Source of the DNA: Candidatus Pacebacteria bacterium CG_4_9_14_0_2_um_filter_40_15
GTDB lineage: Bacteria > Patescibacteriota > Microgenomatia > UBA1400 > PJMF01
Length of the DNA stretch: 64,000 nucleotides
Direction of reading: 5' to 3'
NCBI GenBank assembly: GCA_002788675.1
Contig: PFRS01000005.1
Coordinates: forward strand, 3,731-67,730
Part shown: in pieces, positions 27,467 to 38,707 of the stretch
Layout of the letters: every line of letters starts with the position of its first letter
Numbering within the stretch: the stretch's first letter is position 1
Made by a program: the position numbers and the translations under genes
The notes under the pieces: model-generated
The model's database searches: none
The model's input: only the letters and a program-made list of their open reading frames with translations
Told to the model about the DNA's origin: nothing

Positions 27467-28858
27467 ATGAAGAAACTTAAATCGGCTCTTCCTTATATTC
27501 TTATTATTTTTGTAGCCTTTTTTTTACGTTCCTGGAGATACTGGGAATTCCCCAATACGATGGAAACAGCAGATGAGTATGCTTGGACTTGGCTTGGATC
27601 GAGCATCTTAGCTGATGGGCAGCCTACATCCTGGTCCTATTTTGCCCCTTACGGCGAAGGGTACATTTATAAACAAGGACCTGTCCATGCCCCACTGGTA
27701 AGACCAGCAGTTGATCATCCTCCTTTATTCGCTTTTATTCCTGGAATTGCTCATCTCATTGCAACTAATAACTGGGAAACTCTTCCGGATCACAGAGTAA
27801 TTCGCATACCTATGCTGTTTTTAGGTACTCTTGCAGTTGCACTGCTTGGTTACTGGACATCTCTAGTGTTAGAAAAGAAGTGGAGTTTAGTCGCAACCGC
27901 AATCTATGCCATGGTCCCAGTATTTGTTTTCTCAAGTCGTCTTGTTGTATCAGAGAATTTTCTTATACTCCTTCTCCTCATCTTGGGGATACTTGTTCAT
28001 AGATGGGAAAATCTCTCTCAGAAAGAAAAACAGAAGCAAAATAGAATACGAATCGCTTTTCTGTTATTAGGAGTTGCTGCCCTCCTTACCAAGATTTCGG
28101 GTATTCTCATTCCAGGTATTTTAGTTTCATATGCTTTAGTCAGAAAAGATTTTCCCTTATTTAAACTCGGTATATTAGTTACTATTGCTTCAATTACTTC
28201 CTTACTTCTCTACGCAAGTTATACAAATTTCCCTCTCTTTATGGCTATACAGAAACAGCAAACCTTATTACCAATAGGTTTGTCTACGTTGTATAACAGA
28301 TTTTTCATTTATCCAAATATTGCAAATGATATTTATTATGATGGGTGGCTTTTACTTGGATTTTTTGGATTTGTATATGCACTCATAAAAAAAGACATTT
28401 CAAAAATTCAACCATTCTGGTTGTTCTCAATTTTAAGCACAGTAGTTATTCTCGGATTTATCGGAATAACAGGAGGTGAGTATACTTTCTTTGGCTGGTA
28501 TAGTTATCCAATACTACCCTTTTTTGCCCTATTTATCACTCTTTTACTCAAAGAGGCTTATGAAGAAAAGTATCTGCTAACAATTCTTTTATGGTTTTTC
28601 TTACTGCCTACAATAAATAATGTTTTTGTACATGCAACACGGACTCAACTCTTAACCAGAACGACTATCAGAATGATATATTTCTTAGGAGCTCTTCCAC
28701 TTCTCATCTCATTAACACCTCTAAAGAAATACACAAAATATGCACAACTCTTGCTATTTGTTACGATACTCTCTGCAAGCATTCTCTCAGTTATGACTAT
28801 TGATTACACTGCTAGAGATTTATTCCAACGTTCCTTTTGGAGTGAAGTAAGAAGATAA
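27467..28858 (+). CDS. PMT-family-like GT-C membrane glycosyltransferase
   Basis: ADEYAWTWLGSSILADGQPTSWSYF and VDHPPLFAFIPG resemble the PMT DE loop and the HPPL(G) motif. Confidence 0.55.
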   Translation: MKKLKSALPYILIIFVAFFLRSWRYWEFPNTMETADEYAWTWLGSSILADGQPTSWSYFAPYGEGYIYKQGPVHAPLVRPAVDHPPLFAFIPGIAHLIATNNWETLPDHRVIRIPMLFLGTLAVALLGYWTSLVLEKKWSLVATAIYAMVPVFVFSSRLVVSENFLILLLLILGILVHRWENLSQKEKQKQNRIRIAFLLLGVAALLTKISGILIPGILVSYALVRKDFPLFKLGILVTIASITSLLLYASYTNFPLFMAIQKQQTLLPIGLSTLYNRFFIYPNIANDIYYDGWLLLGFFGFVYALIKKDISKIQPFWLFSILSTVVILGFIGITGGEYTFFGWYSYPILPFFALFITLLLKEAYEEKYLLTILLWFFLLPTINNVFVHATRTQLLTRTTIRMIYFLGALPLLISLTPLKKYTKYAQLLLFVTILSASILSVMTIDYTARDLFQRSFWSEVRR

Positions 28859-28860
28859 CT

Positions 28861-30555
28861 ATGAAGAAAATTCTTTTAACCCTAAGTATACTTTGTGCAC
28901 TTATATTAGGAAGTTATCTGCGATTGCATCAGCTTGGATCAATTCCGTGGGCATTAAATAGAGATGAAGCTTCAATTGGATATAATGCATACAGTATTTT
29001 AAAAACTGGACATGATGAACATGGAGTATTTTGGCCAATAAATGTTGAGTCCTTTGGCGATTGGAAACTTCCTATCTACATGTACGCTTCCATTCCCTTT
29101 ATTTCTCTTTTTGGACTTAACGCCTGGGCTGTGAGATTACCTTCAGCACTAGCAGGAATAGCGCTTATTCCTGCTGCATACTACTTTTTTTTGTCGTTTA
29201 ACAACAAGAAAAATAATACTTCAGTAGCTATTGCTCATGTCTTTTCCTGGTTAGTGGCAATTTCTCCTTGGTCACTCAGACTCTCTCGTATTGCATATGA
29301 GGCAAATTTGGCATTGTTACTCGCTGTTTTAGGTGCAGCTTTTATAGTACGAGGCATTCTTAGTAAGAAAGCAAGCTATCTTATTCCAGGTCTCTTTTTA
29401 GCTTTTAGCACCATGCTCACGTATCATGCCTATCAAGTATTTATGCCGCTTTTTCTTGTGGTGTTACTGATCACATACAGAATCGAAATACTAACTATTT
29501 TGAAACAACAGAGAGGTCTTGTGGTCAGCTCCGTGTTTGTAGCAGTTCTTTTTGGTCTTGTGTTGCTTGTTGGGAATACTTCCGATGCAAATCAAACCAA
29601 ATATTCTGGATTATCTGCATTTTCAGAAGAAACATATCACTTTAGACTTTTTGATAAAAGAATGGCTTTTGGAGATCCAACGAGCTTACAAGCAAAAATC
29701 TATGCAAACTCAGTTAGTATGATTGTCGAGAATCTCACTCAAAATGTTGCGGCAATTCTCTCGCCTGAGTTTCTTGTAATAAACGGAGGAAGTCATGGCT
29801 CTCATGATATTCAAGGAATTGGAAATATGTATGTAATTACAGGACTTCTTGTCATTATTGGAATATTTTATACATTTAGAAATCCTTCAGTTTCCCGTAA
29901 GACAAGAGTCTCAACAGTTCTAATTGGATGGCTTTGCGTTGGATTTGTTGCTCCCGTTATAACTACTGAAGCTGCGCATTCAATACGATTTTCACCTGCA
30001 TTGTTTGCATTTGAGGGTTTAGCAGCCTACGCCATTGTTACCTTACTCCAGAACTTGCAGAAGCCGGTACTTCGATTTTCTGTAGTAGGTTTTATTTCAC
30101 TTTCTCTTATCTATTCGCTTATACAAACAACTGGCACCTATTTTGTTATTTTTCCTCAAAGAGATCATCATAAATGGCCATGGTACAGTCAACAAGTATC
30201 TTTAGACATACTCACTCTTCAATCAAACTATAAGCAAATTATTTTCCCACAAATTGATAGCTCACCATATATTTTCTTACTGTTTGATTGGCAGTATGAT
30301 CCAACTCAACTAGCAGAAAATTTGGAATACTATACTACCGACAGTGGTGGATTTAAACATGCCTCACGGCTTGAAAATATATACTTCATTCCAATGGATT
30401 GGAAAGCATTTGTTTCTTCTTCGGAACCTTTACTTACCTTCAGTGAAGCTCAAGAGTTTGAAAAACAAAACCTACGGGCAGATGACTACAAAATTCTTAA
30501 GAAATATGAATCAAACAATGCAGAAAGCACCTTTTATCTTATTTCTAACGAATAA
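28861..30555 (+). CDS. ArnT/PMT_2-like (COG1807-type) GT-C membrane glycosyltransferase
   Basis: LNRDEASIGYNAYSILKTGHDEHGVFWPINVESFGDWKLPIYMY. Start is 2 nt after the upstream stop. Confidence 0.7.
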   Translation: MKKILLTLSILCALILGSYLRLHQLGSIPWALNRDEASIGYNAYSILKTGHDEHGVFWPINVESFGDWKLPIYMYASIPFISLFGLNAWAVRLPSALAGIALIPAAYYFFLSFNNKKNNTSVAIAHVFSWLVAISPWSLRLSRIAYEANLALLLAVLGAAFIVRGILSKKASYLIPGLFLAFSTMLTYHAYQVFMPLFLVVLLITYRIEILTILKQQRGLVVSSVFVAVLFGLVLLVGNTSDANQTKYSGLSAFSEETYHFRLFDKRMAFGDPTSLQAKIYANSVSMIVENLTQNVAAILSPEFLVINGGSHGSHDIQGIGNMYVITGLLVIIGIFYTFRNPSVSRKTRVSTVLIGWLCVGFVAPVITTEAAHSIRFSPALFAFEGLAAYAIVTLLQNLQKPVLRFSVVGFISLSLIYSLIQTTGTYFVIFPQRDHHKWPWYSQQVSLDILTLQSNYKQIIFPQIDSSPYIFLLFDWQYDPTQLAENLEYYTTDSGGFKHASRLENIYFIPMDWKAFVSSSEPLLTFSEAQEFEKQNLRADDYKILKKYESNNAESTFYLISNE

Positions 30556-30566
30556 TTGAAAGTAAC

Positions 30567-32252
30567 TTATCTCTGTGTAACAACTTGAGTGGTTCTATGA
30601 ATCGCATAGAGTATCATGAAAACAGCGGTGATAACAGAAATCCATTCTGCAGTCTTTTGTGTTTGAGTCTTTTCTAAAACGACTTGAATTTGTGTAGTGT
30701 TTTCAGGGATTTCTATGGTCAGCAATCCAGATTCAGTAGTTGGATAGATAGGCAACTTGGTTAATCCCGAATAAGCTGTCCAGCCGGGAAAGTAGTACTT
30801 TGAAAGAATAATTGTTCCCGGTTCAGCATTTAATTCAATGAGAATTCTATTTCGCTCAGAAAGACTCTGGGAAACAACTTCTGTGCCGTTCATACCTTGA
30901 GCTAAAGGGAGTGAATCTTTAATGATACATTCTTTAGTTGCCACAGGTAGATACTCCTGTTGCCATGTTGTAGTTGTACAACTATCCTCAGCTGCAAACC
31001 TATCTGAAAAATAATAGCTGGAAGGAACGGCAAAGTAGCGAGTCTGATAACTGGCAATAAGTATAAGTACAACGACAGTGGCTGTCATTGGTCGATTTAA
31101 ATACTGGGCGCTTGTTTTTAAGACAAATGCAATGCTTAAGACCGTCAAAAGTGACAAAAAACGATACGGGAATTGCAGCGTTTGTAAAATTGATGAGTGC
31201 TCCCAAAATATCCAGCTGAGTGGAGTTTGCAGAAAAAGTATGGTTAGTAATACAGCAGCATATGAAACAAGCGCCGAACTTACAGCAGAGAATCTTGATT
31301 TGTTGTTCATTTTGAAGTACTTTTGTATAAGAACACACAAACTCATTGCTACTAATAGTGAAAGACCTATACCCAGAGTGATAGGTTTAATTTCAGGATT
31401 AATTGATGTAAAGCCTAAGATTTCTTTGAGTGAAACTGCAGCATCCTTAAAACCAGTCTGTACAAAACCAACCTGCGAGTATCGGACATAGTTTTTTTCA
31501 AGCAAGACTGGTAAAAGATATGCTGCCGATAACAGTCCTGAGAGGCCAAAAAAGGCAGAAAGAGATGATACCTGAGCAACAATAGCTTCTTTTCGTATAG
31601 CTAATCTCACGACCACCAAAACGGAAAGAAGTAAAACAGCAATTATGCCCGTTATTGCGTGGAAAAAGAAAATCAATGAAAGAAATAGTGCAGATCCAAA
31701 TAGGTAATACCATTTTTTCTTTGTATACAAAAGTTCAAAAAGACCTAACAAACTAGGTAATAACGCAAATCCAAGTAATTCAGCCAACGCCCCGCGAGTA
31801 TACGCATCATAATTAAAATATGCGCTAAAAATAGCCGCTACAGCACCTGCCAATGCAAGTTTCTTAGATACTTTTATCCCTGAACGTAAGTAAAAATACA
31901 TCCCTACTGCTAGAAGTACATACGCTCCTTGAAACAACAGTTTCACACTATTGAGTGGATTTATGCCAATATATATCAAACCAGCTGAAAGATAGTATGT
32001 TAAAGGAGAGTAATAGTTAAAAAGTGGGTAGCCTCCCCCATTTCCAAATGATTGCAACATTCTAACGGGGAACTGTCCTGCTTGTAGTTCTTCAAGCAAT
32101 GCTTCTGAACGCGCAATATGTACATCGTCAAACACTCTCCACATGCCTTCATTTGCACGCATCGGTTTAACAACTAAAAGTACAGCAAAGCCAAGTATAC
32201 CTAAGGCAACTGCATCAAAAAAGTATTTTTTTGCGAAGGCTTGTATCTTCAT
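30567..32252 (-). CDS. YfhO-like variant GT-C membrane protein (paralog 2 of 3)
   Basis: DDVHIARSEALLEELQAGQFPVRMLQSFGNGGGYPLFNYYSPLTYY. Called from the internal Met (MKIQAF), which gives an ATGA overlap with the upstream gene. The ORF track extends it to 32303. Confidence 0.55.
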   Translation of the reverse strand: MKIQAFAKKYFFDAVALGILGFAVLLVVKPMRANEGMWRVFDDVHIARSEALLEELQAGQFPVRMLQSFGNGGGYPLFNYYSPLTYYLSAGLIYIGINPLNSVKLLFQGAYVLLAVGMYFYLRSGIKVSKKLALAGAVAAIFSAYFNYDAYTRGALAELLGFALLPSLLGLFELLYTKKKWYYLFGSALFLSLIFFFHAITGIIAVLLLSVLVVVRLAIRKEAIVAQVSSLSAFFGLSGLLSAAYLLPVLLEKNYVRYSQVGFVQTGFKDAAVSLKEILGFTSINPEIKPITLGIGLSLLVAMSLCVLIQKYFKMNNKSRFSAVSSALVSYAAVLLTILFLQTPLSWIFWEHSSILQTLQFPYRFLSLLTVLSIAFVLKTSAQYLNRPMTATVVVLILIASYQTRYFAVPSSYYFSDRFAAEDSCTTTTWQQEYLPVATKECIIKDSLPLAQGMNGTEVVSQSLSERNRILIELNAEPGTIILSKYYFPGWTAYSGLTKLPIYPTTESGLLTIEIPENTTQIQVVLEKTQTQKTAEWISVITAVFMILYAIHRTTQVVTQR

Positions 32253-33685
32253 CGGATGAATTCTTTCAAAAGTACTGTAGTTGTAATCGTTGGTATAGGA
32301 CACTTAATATGTTGGCACTGCGCATCATAAAAGGAATCAGCTAAATAGAGTGATTGCACTGCATACACAGATCCAATAATAGCAATTGCTACATATACAA
32401 ACTTCTTTTGAAATTGTTTTGACATGAAGACGTAGCCAATTACAGGAATCAGTACTAATGAGCTAACAACTAAGCGAAGTTTTTCTGTAGTTGGATAGGG
32501 ATGCTCAACAAATCTCACTAACCCAAAATTATTTGTAACAACCAATGAGCCAAGCATCGCTATAACTGCAAGACTGAGTTTTTCTAAAACATATCCTACT
32601 GAGATAGCTAACAAAGTGAAAAAAGGGAGTTTGTACCAACCCAAAGCATCCTGCTCAGCACTTGTGCTCCATAGTAGCAAAAGTGCACCCAATGAGGCGA
32701 ATTGTAACAAGAGCGCTTGTTTATTTTTTGGAGCAACAAGGAGCCCCGCAATTCCTAGGAATAAAAAGACATAGTATGAAAGATCATAAAACAAGTAATG
32801 ATGAAATCCTGGAGTTGCCATTATGAACGCCGGATTTACCCATCCGAGTAATCTAAATGACTGTTTGCTAGTAATAGCTATAAATTCATTCCAACCAAGA
32901 CTATATACAAAGGGAAGATAGAATACTAAAAACAACAGTAGTGAACTTGCTACCACTGTTACAAGGCGTTTCCAGTCTCTTTTTAGTAAAAATGCCAATC
33001 CTAGAACCAGAAGCACAATAATACCAGTCATTTTTGCTAGCAAAGCTGCTGCTGCAAGAAATGGTAAATAACCATAGTATTTCTCTTTTTGTTTTACTAA
33101 GATCAATACAGCCGCTAACAAAAGAGGTACAACAATATTTTCGCCAATAACCATTCTTTGTCCAAGTATGATTGAAGGACTTAAGGCAAACAGAAAATAG
33201 GTAATTACTGCAGTCCTTTCAGAGTAAAGTTCTGAAACAATTTTCCAAAAAAGAAAGAGCGTGATCATTGCTATTGCTAACATTGGTAGCCTTAGAATTA
33301 AGCTTGGTGGTGTACTTGGAAATCTATATCCCAGTGCTTCTGTCCATGCTCCCTCAATTAAGGAGAGTAAATAGGGATGATCAAACCAGGGTTTAATAAG
33401 AGTAATTGTACCGTCAGTATTGAATTCTGGATCTCCGATTTCTTCATTTGAATAGATATATGTATCATCATACTCAAAGCTGGACCAGGATATTGGCACT
33501 CCTTCTTCGATAAGACTTTGTCCGGCAAAGACAAATGCTAATTCATCAGCATCGTTCTGAAAGGGAACAAACTCAATCTTCCAAAATCGTGCAAAGAAAG
33601 CCAACACGGTAATGAAAATAACGAGTGATTTTTTAGAAAAGAATAGTTTTAAAATGTTTCTACCTGCCATGATCCAGCCTTCCAT
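32249..33685 (-). CDS. PMT-family-like GT-C membrane glycosyltransferase
   Basis: NDADELAFVFAGQSLIEEGVPISWSSF and FDHPYL form a paralogous motif set with 27467..28858. Confidence 0.55.
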   Translation of the reverse strand: MEGWIMAGRNILKLFFSKKSLVIFITVLAFFARFWKIEFVPFQNDADELAFVFAGQSLIEEGVPISWSSFEYDDTYIYSNEEIGDPEFNTDGTITLIKPWFDHPYLLSLIEGAWTEALGYRFPSTPPSLILRLPMLAIAMITLFLFWKIVSELYSERTAVITYFLFALSPSIILGQRMVIGENIVVPLLLAAVLILVKQKEKYYGYLPFLAAAALLAKMTGIIVLLVLGLAFLLKRDWKRLVTVVASSLLLFLVFYLPFVYSLGWNEFIAITSKQSFRLLGWVNPAFIMATPGFHHYLFYDLSYYVFLFLGIAGLLVAPKNKQALLLQFASLGALLLLWSTSAEQDALGWYKLPFFTLLAISVGYVLEKLSLAVIAMLGSLVVTNNFGLVRFVEHPYPTTEKLRLVVSSLVLIPVIGYVFMSKQFQKKFVYVAIAIIGSVYAVQSLYLADSFYDAQCQHIKCPIPTITTTVLLKEFIR

Positions 33686-35211
33686 TCGACTACTGTTTTT
33701 TCAGAATCTGTGCGGTCAGTTGATTGACCTATAAAGTGGTATCTATCTAACTGTTGTCCATACTTAAAACCATATGAATTGGGAAGTTGTTTAACTATCG
33801 TAGTAAAAAAGAGATCAGGAGGAGTTTGTAAGTACCAAGCCGTCAAAATATATTGAAATCCATCTCCATCTACAACAGCCACTGGTCCGATTGTTGTTGA
33901 TTCTACATCTCTAATCACAGTATCAAATCCCACATGCAAAATATCTGGCTGAGATAGTGGATATTCGGTAAAGTATTTTGTTAGGTACTGAGAAAATAAT
34001 AAAATGCTAACAACAATGAATAATGTACCAATGTTTCCTTTAAGTTGTTTCAGAGCATACACTGAAGCGACTGAGAGGCAAAAGAAAAAGAGTAAGCTCC
34101 TGGTTGCATGAGGAGCATCTACTGTAACAATTGATGGAGCCAGAGAAATTACGGTTGTGTACAAGAGAAGTAATTCAAAACTACAGTATGCAATAATTTT
34201 TTTCCATTTCAGTGTTTTTTGCATGCGTTTTATACAGGTAACTAGAGCTAAGATAAGCCCAAGAATTCCAAAAAGATACACCGTTACTAATACATGACCG
34301 GACCCAGGAAGTTGATGGAGTGGGTGTGAGCCACCTCGACTCATTAAGAATGAAGGTGAAAAAGTTGCCACTGTGTTTTTAAACATCAATGTCGAATAAT
34401 AGAAATATTTATTCCCAAAAAGTTTTTGATTTGCACCTGAAAAGGATCCATACCAGAGATCAGCAGCTTCTCTCGTAGTTTCATCATTAAATAGAGTAAT
34501 ACCACTTTTTTGTGAAGTGAGAGTAACTTGACTAAAAAACAATCCAATAAAAATTGTCGAAAGTGCAAATATTGGCAATAACCATTTTTTATACGATTCA
34601 ATGCCTCTACTCAAAACAACCACTGGTAAAAAGAATGGGATTAAAAGTAGCGGCGTATTGTAGGTAATTGCAGCAAAAAGCCACAGAAATATTCCTAATA
34701 TATCTTGAGTTGTGCGAGTAAATTTCCCAAATGGTTTCCCAAATAGTAACAACAGTGCGTTTAATAAGAGAGCTAAGCCAACCATGGCCTCAAATGCAAT
34801 TCGTGAATAAAAAAAGAATACTGGAGTTGTAGCAACTACTACAGCTAACATAAGCGAATAAGGTTCACCCCATTTACTTTGTTTTGCAATAGAGTAAGCC
34901 AAAATAATCAAAGAAATTCCTGCTAACAGGGATGGAAGTCTCACCACAGCATCACTTGTGCCTAACACTGAAAAGAGTGCCACCAACAATACTGGGTATC
35001 CTGGTAACTTATAATCACCAAAAGACTCAAGCGTTATCGGCCAAGATTTTCCCCATTCATCTCTACCTGTTTCCTTGAGTAGTAGAGCATTATATGCTAA
35101 TCCAGCTTCATCCCTATTTAATATCTGTGGGAGTGTATCAAGCTTGTATAATCGAGCACCAAAAGAAAGAAATATAATAAGAACTAAGAAACTGGTGCCT
35201 AATCTTTTCAT
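33649..35211 (-). CDS. ArnT/PMT_2-like GT-C membrane glycosyltransferase
   Basis: LNRDEAGLAYNALLLKETGRDEWGKSWPITLESFGDYKLPGYPV. Confidence 0.7.
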   Translation of the reverse strand: MKRLGTSFLVLIIFLSFGARLYKLDTLPQILNRDEAGLAYNALLLKETGRDEWGKSWPITLESFGDYKLPGYPVLLVALFSVLGTSDAVVRLPSLLAGISLIILAYSIAKQSKWGEPYSLMLAVVVATTPVFFFYSRIAFEAMVGLALLLNALLLLFGKPFGKFTRTTQDILGIFLWLFAAITYNTPLLLIPFFLPVVVLSRGIESYKKWLLPIFALSTIFIGLFFSQVTLTSQKSGITLFNDETTREAADLWYGSFSGANQKLFGNKYFYYSTLMFKNTVATFSPSFLMSRGGSHPLHQLPGSGHVLVTVYLFGILGLILALVTCIKRMQKTLKWKKIIAYCSFELLLLYTTVISLAPSIVTVDAPHATRSLLFFFCLSVASVYALKQLKGNIGTLFIVVSILLFSQYLTKYFTEYPLSQPDILHVGFDTVIRDVESTTIGPVAVVDGDGFQYILTAWYLQTPPDLFFTTIVKQLPNSYGFKYGQQLDRYHFIGQSTDRTDSEKTVVEWKAGSWQVETF

Positions 35212-35226
35212 TGTGTATATCTCACG

Positions 35227-36960
35227 TTAGTCTGTTGTTTGAACGGTCAGCAGTGTAAATCTCTTTCCGTTCGAGAGTGTAATTTCTTGAGTTACCCTTG
35301 ATTGTATACTATTTGTCTCGTCAAAGTGCTCAGAATACTCTTCTGAAGGTAGCAAAAGGTGTTGCTGATCTACATACTTTTCTGAAACTTTGAATGATAC
35401 GTTGTCCATTTCACTAAATTGATACTGTTCTGTTGACCAGTTTGCAAATTCAGTGCCAGAGTAAGGCCCATATGCAAGTAACCATAAATAAAATTTATCA
35501 GGAGTGCCTAAAAGTGTCAGTGACTGTTCTGGTGAAATATACGATGAAACAGCTGTCGCAAGTTCACTCTGAGATCTAAACCAAGCATCATCACTGACCT
35601 TTGGATACACTGAAAAATAGTAACAACTAAAAGCTGCTGCATAAAAAACGGCAATCAATCCAAATAAACCCACAAGTGACCTTTTGACTGTACGATGTGT
35701 CTTCGTATTCCAAAAAAGAGTGAAACCTTCATATATTCCTATAGAAATTATCACAGAAAAAGGGATGAGTGCATTTAAAAAGCGCAGCGCATGTGGAACT
35801 GTAAGTGGTACGGCAGCAGGTAGTGCTGCACTTACAATCCAAGTAATCAAGATTGCTAACATCCATTTTCTTTTTCTAGCCAAGACATACAAGCCTAGAC
35901 AAAAGGGAAGCATAAATGGAAACAGGAACAGTCCATATTTCCCAGTACCATGTCGAAGATTTGTATCACCCGTGATAAAGATAAATCTTGGTGAAAGTTG
36001 TTCACTCAGATTATGCGCTAAGACCTGACCTGTAAAATATATTCTGTGAAAGAGAACTCTATCTAGCAGTGAATCTCCAGCTATGGTTCTATACTCATTG
36101 GCCTGTACTACTTGCTCATGATTTTGCAAAATCGATGGCGTACTTAATCTAAACTGCATACTGGCTTCATACAACGCTGATTTGAATAATGGAAGTAATA
36201 AGATAAGAAAAACAAGTAGATACAGTCCTAACTTTAGACCGAGAAAAATGTTATTTTTCACTCTCATCCACGCTTTGGGATCTGTAATAAAGTTACTTTG
36301 AGAAACCATCCAAACTAGGTATATTGGAATCCACACATATCTGACGGAAAAATAAGTGTAAGTAGCTAGAGCCGCTAAACCCATTGCCAACACAAGCATC
36401 TGAAATCGCTTCTTTGATCTTAGAAGCACGAGAACTGCCAGCCCTAAAATAAACTGTCCCAAATAAGCTTCAAATCCAGTTCTAGAAAACTGTATTGCCC
36501 AAGGACTAAATCCCAGAGTAACTACCGTTGCAATTCCAGCACCTATTGCTGAAATCCTGAAAGTGTCATGTTTGGGTGTTTTGTTCGTATAGAGAGTTCG
36601 TAACAGAGCATACACAATAACAAACGTTCCAAAACCCGCCATCAAACTCGGTAATCTCACAGAAAAAGCTGAGGGGGTAAAAAGTAACGATGCTAAATAT
36701 ACAGCCCAAAGGTACACGGGCATTTTATAATCACCATACGAAGGATACAGTGACTGTAGCCAACTATTCCCATGCATGTCATGCCCCGTTGTTACCAATG
36801 CTTTTGCATCTACAAGCATTGCTATTTCATCAATATAGAGGCTTGCAGGATGGTTCGGAAATGCACCTATTCGAAGAAAGAAAGCCCATACCACAATGCC
36901 TAGTAACGCTAGTACGGTCAGCAACATTCGAGTTGTGAGTTTATTTTTTTTCATATCCAA
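35227..36960 (-). CDS. ArnT/PMT_2-like GT-C membrane glycosyltransferase
   Basis: LYIDEIAMLVDAKALVTTGHDMHGNSWLQSLYPSYGDYKMPVYLW. Confidence 0.7.
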   Translation of the reverse strand: MDMKKNKLTTRMLLTVLALLGIVVWAFFLRIGAFPNHPASLYIDEIAMLVDAKALVTTGHDMHGNSWLQSLYPSYGDYKMPVYLWAVYLASLLFTPSAFSVRLPSLMAGFGTFVIVYALLRTLYTNKTPKHDTFRISAIGAGIATVVTLGFSPWAIQFSRTGFEAYLGQFILGLAVLVLLRSKKRFQMLVLAMGLAALATYTYFSVRYVWIPIYLVWMVSQSNFITDPKAWMRVKNNIFLGLKLGLYLLVFLILLLPLFKSALYEASMQFRLSTPSILQNHEQVVQANEYRTIAGDSLLDRVLFHRIYFTGQVLAHNLSEQLSPRFIFITGDTNLRHGTGKYGLFLFPFMLPFCLGLYVLARKRKWMLAILITWIVSAALPAAVPLTVPHALRFLNALIPFSVIISIGIYEGFTLFWNTKTHRTVKRSLVGLFGLIAVFYAAAFSCYYFSVYPKVSDDAWFRSQSELATAVSSYISPEQSLTLLGTPDKFYLWLLAYGPYSGTEFANWSTEQYQFSEMDNVSFKVSEKYVDQQHLLLPSEEYSEHFDETNSIQSRVTQEITLSNGKRFTLLTVQTTD

Positions 36961-38707
36961 TCCAAAGTGGAATTCCCGTTGGGCTCGACAGTGTATACAC
37001 TTGAGTCATATCTCTTTGATCGTTTATATCTGTAACTACTTTACTCTTTGGTGAAGCAAAAATTACGTCAGAATCTTTAACTTGGTCAGCAGTATCAAAA
37101 AAGACAATATTCTTATAGGTAATGAATTCTGACTGATCCATAACCTCTGTGCTATCTTGTGCCTGAACCTGTCGTGGATCGATACTATTCATAAAGAAAT
37201 AGTACATTGCAGGGCGACCATACTCCCTAGATACTGCAACTTTTTTATCCATTTCAACATATTTTTGAACTTCAGTCATAACATCCTGATACCCATACTG
37301 CCATTCCAAAGCGCTCTCCTTCGGATAGATAACGGTATAATAGCGCCAGAATGCACCCACTTGCAGTAGATACACACTCGCTAAAGAAATAACTGAAATA
37401 CGAAACAGGTTAGTCTTCATATTGTTCTTAAGAAGAAGGTAGCCTTCACTCATGCCTATCGCGACAATAAACAGCACTAGTGGTGCCATAGGTACTATGC
37501 GAAGTGCATGAGGAGTTGCCAATGAAATACTCGCCGGTAACACACCAATTACTAACCATATAAGTAAAAAAGCACCAAGCAGTTTATATCTTCGAACTAA
37601 AACATATATACCAAATGAGATAAAGACTGCATCTAAGAAGTACAAAATACCCATATATCCAGTTGAATGACGTTTGTTTACATCACCATGGATAAATAAG
37701 AAATCTAAACTGAAGTGAGAAAGTGCATTTGTAAGCACTTCACGACTAAAGAGTACATATCTATGGAAAAATACTCGCGCTCCAGGTGTTCCAGCTGCAG
37801 CAATAGAAGCATTGCTTTCAGTAATTATATCTAATCGAGAAAATATACTCGTTTCAGCAAATCTTTGAGATACTTCAGGAGAACGCAGCGTCGCAATAAG
37901 TGGTAAAAGAAGGAGTAAAAAGAAACACCCAATGAGTACTTCACTTTTTGGAAGCTTTTGTATATGAGTAAGTACCCCTTTCTTGAACACTGACCAAATA
38001 TTTTCAAAAAAAGTGCTTGCTAGAATGCTTAAAAAAATGAGTGGCGCAATTACTCTGGTGGCATGATAGGTATAGACGCTAACTGCAAAAAACACTGCTG
38101 ATATAAGCAAAAATCTACACTTTCGATTCCGAGCAAATTGTAGACTGAAGATTATTCCCCAAAGTAAGAATGCAGTGGCAAGATTTACTTCCCATGCAGC
38201 TCGTGAAAACATAATCAGCCAAGAAGATACTGCCGTCACAAACACACTCAGGAGTTGGATCAGTGCAACTTGAGTTTTCGGCATTCTTGATGCAAAGCGG
38301 AGTAATAGTAGTTCTGAGAAGAAGTACATGCCTACTACAATTAAGAGACCAGCTAACATACTTGGCAATCTAATAGAAAAAACTGTAAGACCAAAAAGTT
38401 TAATGCTTGCAGCAGCAAAATAAAAATATCCAGATGGTTTCCAGTCACCAAAAGATTCAAATGCGACAAGTGGCCATGGAGTACCGTGATGGTCGGCGCC
38501 AGTTTGACCTATTGAGTAAGCATCATACCCAAGGGCAACCTCCTCCCAATAAGGAGAAATTAAGCTCCCCAAATTGAAGCCTCTCAGAAACAGTGCTAAG
38601 ATAACTACAGTGAAAAGGGCTAGAGTTGTAAGGTTCTTCTTCATACGCTTGTAACAACAGTATATAGCCTGGCATGAAAAAATTGAACAAGACATTTTTA
38701 CTTTCAC
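36941..38707 (-). CDS. ArnT/PMT_2-like GT-C membrane glycosyltransferase
   Basis: YWEEVALGYDAYSIGQTGADHHGTPWPLVAFESFGDWKPSGYFY. A more likely start is the internal Met at 38644 (MKKNLTTL), which removes the overlap with the divergent gene at 38674. Confidence 0.65.
   Translation of the reverse strand: MKVKMSCSIFSCQAIYCCYKRMKKNLTTLALFTVVILALFLRGFNLGSLISPYWEEVALGYDAYSIGQTGADHHGTPWPLVAFESFGDWKPSGYFYFAAASIKLFGLTVFSIRLPSMLAGLLIVVGMYFFSELLLLRFASRMPKTQVALIQLLSVFVTAVSSWLIMFSRAAWEVNLATAFLLWGIIFSLQFARNRKCRFLLISAVFFAVSVYTYHATRVIAPLIFLSILASTFFENIWSVFKKGVLTHIQKLPKSEVLIGCFFLLLLLPLIATLRSPEVSQRFAETSIFSRLDIITESNASIAAAGTPGARVFFHRYVLFSREVLTNALSHFSLDFLFIHGDVNKRHSTGYMGILYFLDAVFISFGIYVLVRRYKLLGAFLLIWLVIGVLPASISLATPHALRIVPMAPLVLFIVAIGMSEGYLLLKNNMKTNLFRISVISLASVYLLQVGAFWRYYTVIYPKESALEWQYGYQDVMTEVQKYVEMDKKVAVSREYGRPAMYYFFMNSIDPRQVQAQDSTEVMDQSEFITYKNIVFFDTADQVKDSDVIFASPKSKVVTDINDQRDMTQVYTLSSPTGIPLWIGYEKK

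Noticed and set aside
31000-31491. 112-aa and 137-aa ORFs inside 30567..32252
   Set aside because: Antisense or alternate-frame ORFs within a conserved GT-C paralog, with Cys-rich low-complexity translations. Spurious.
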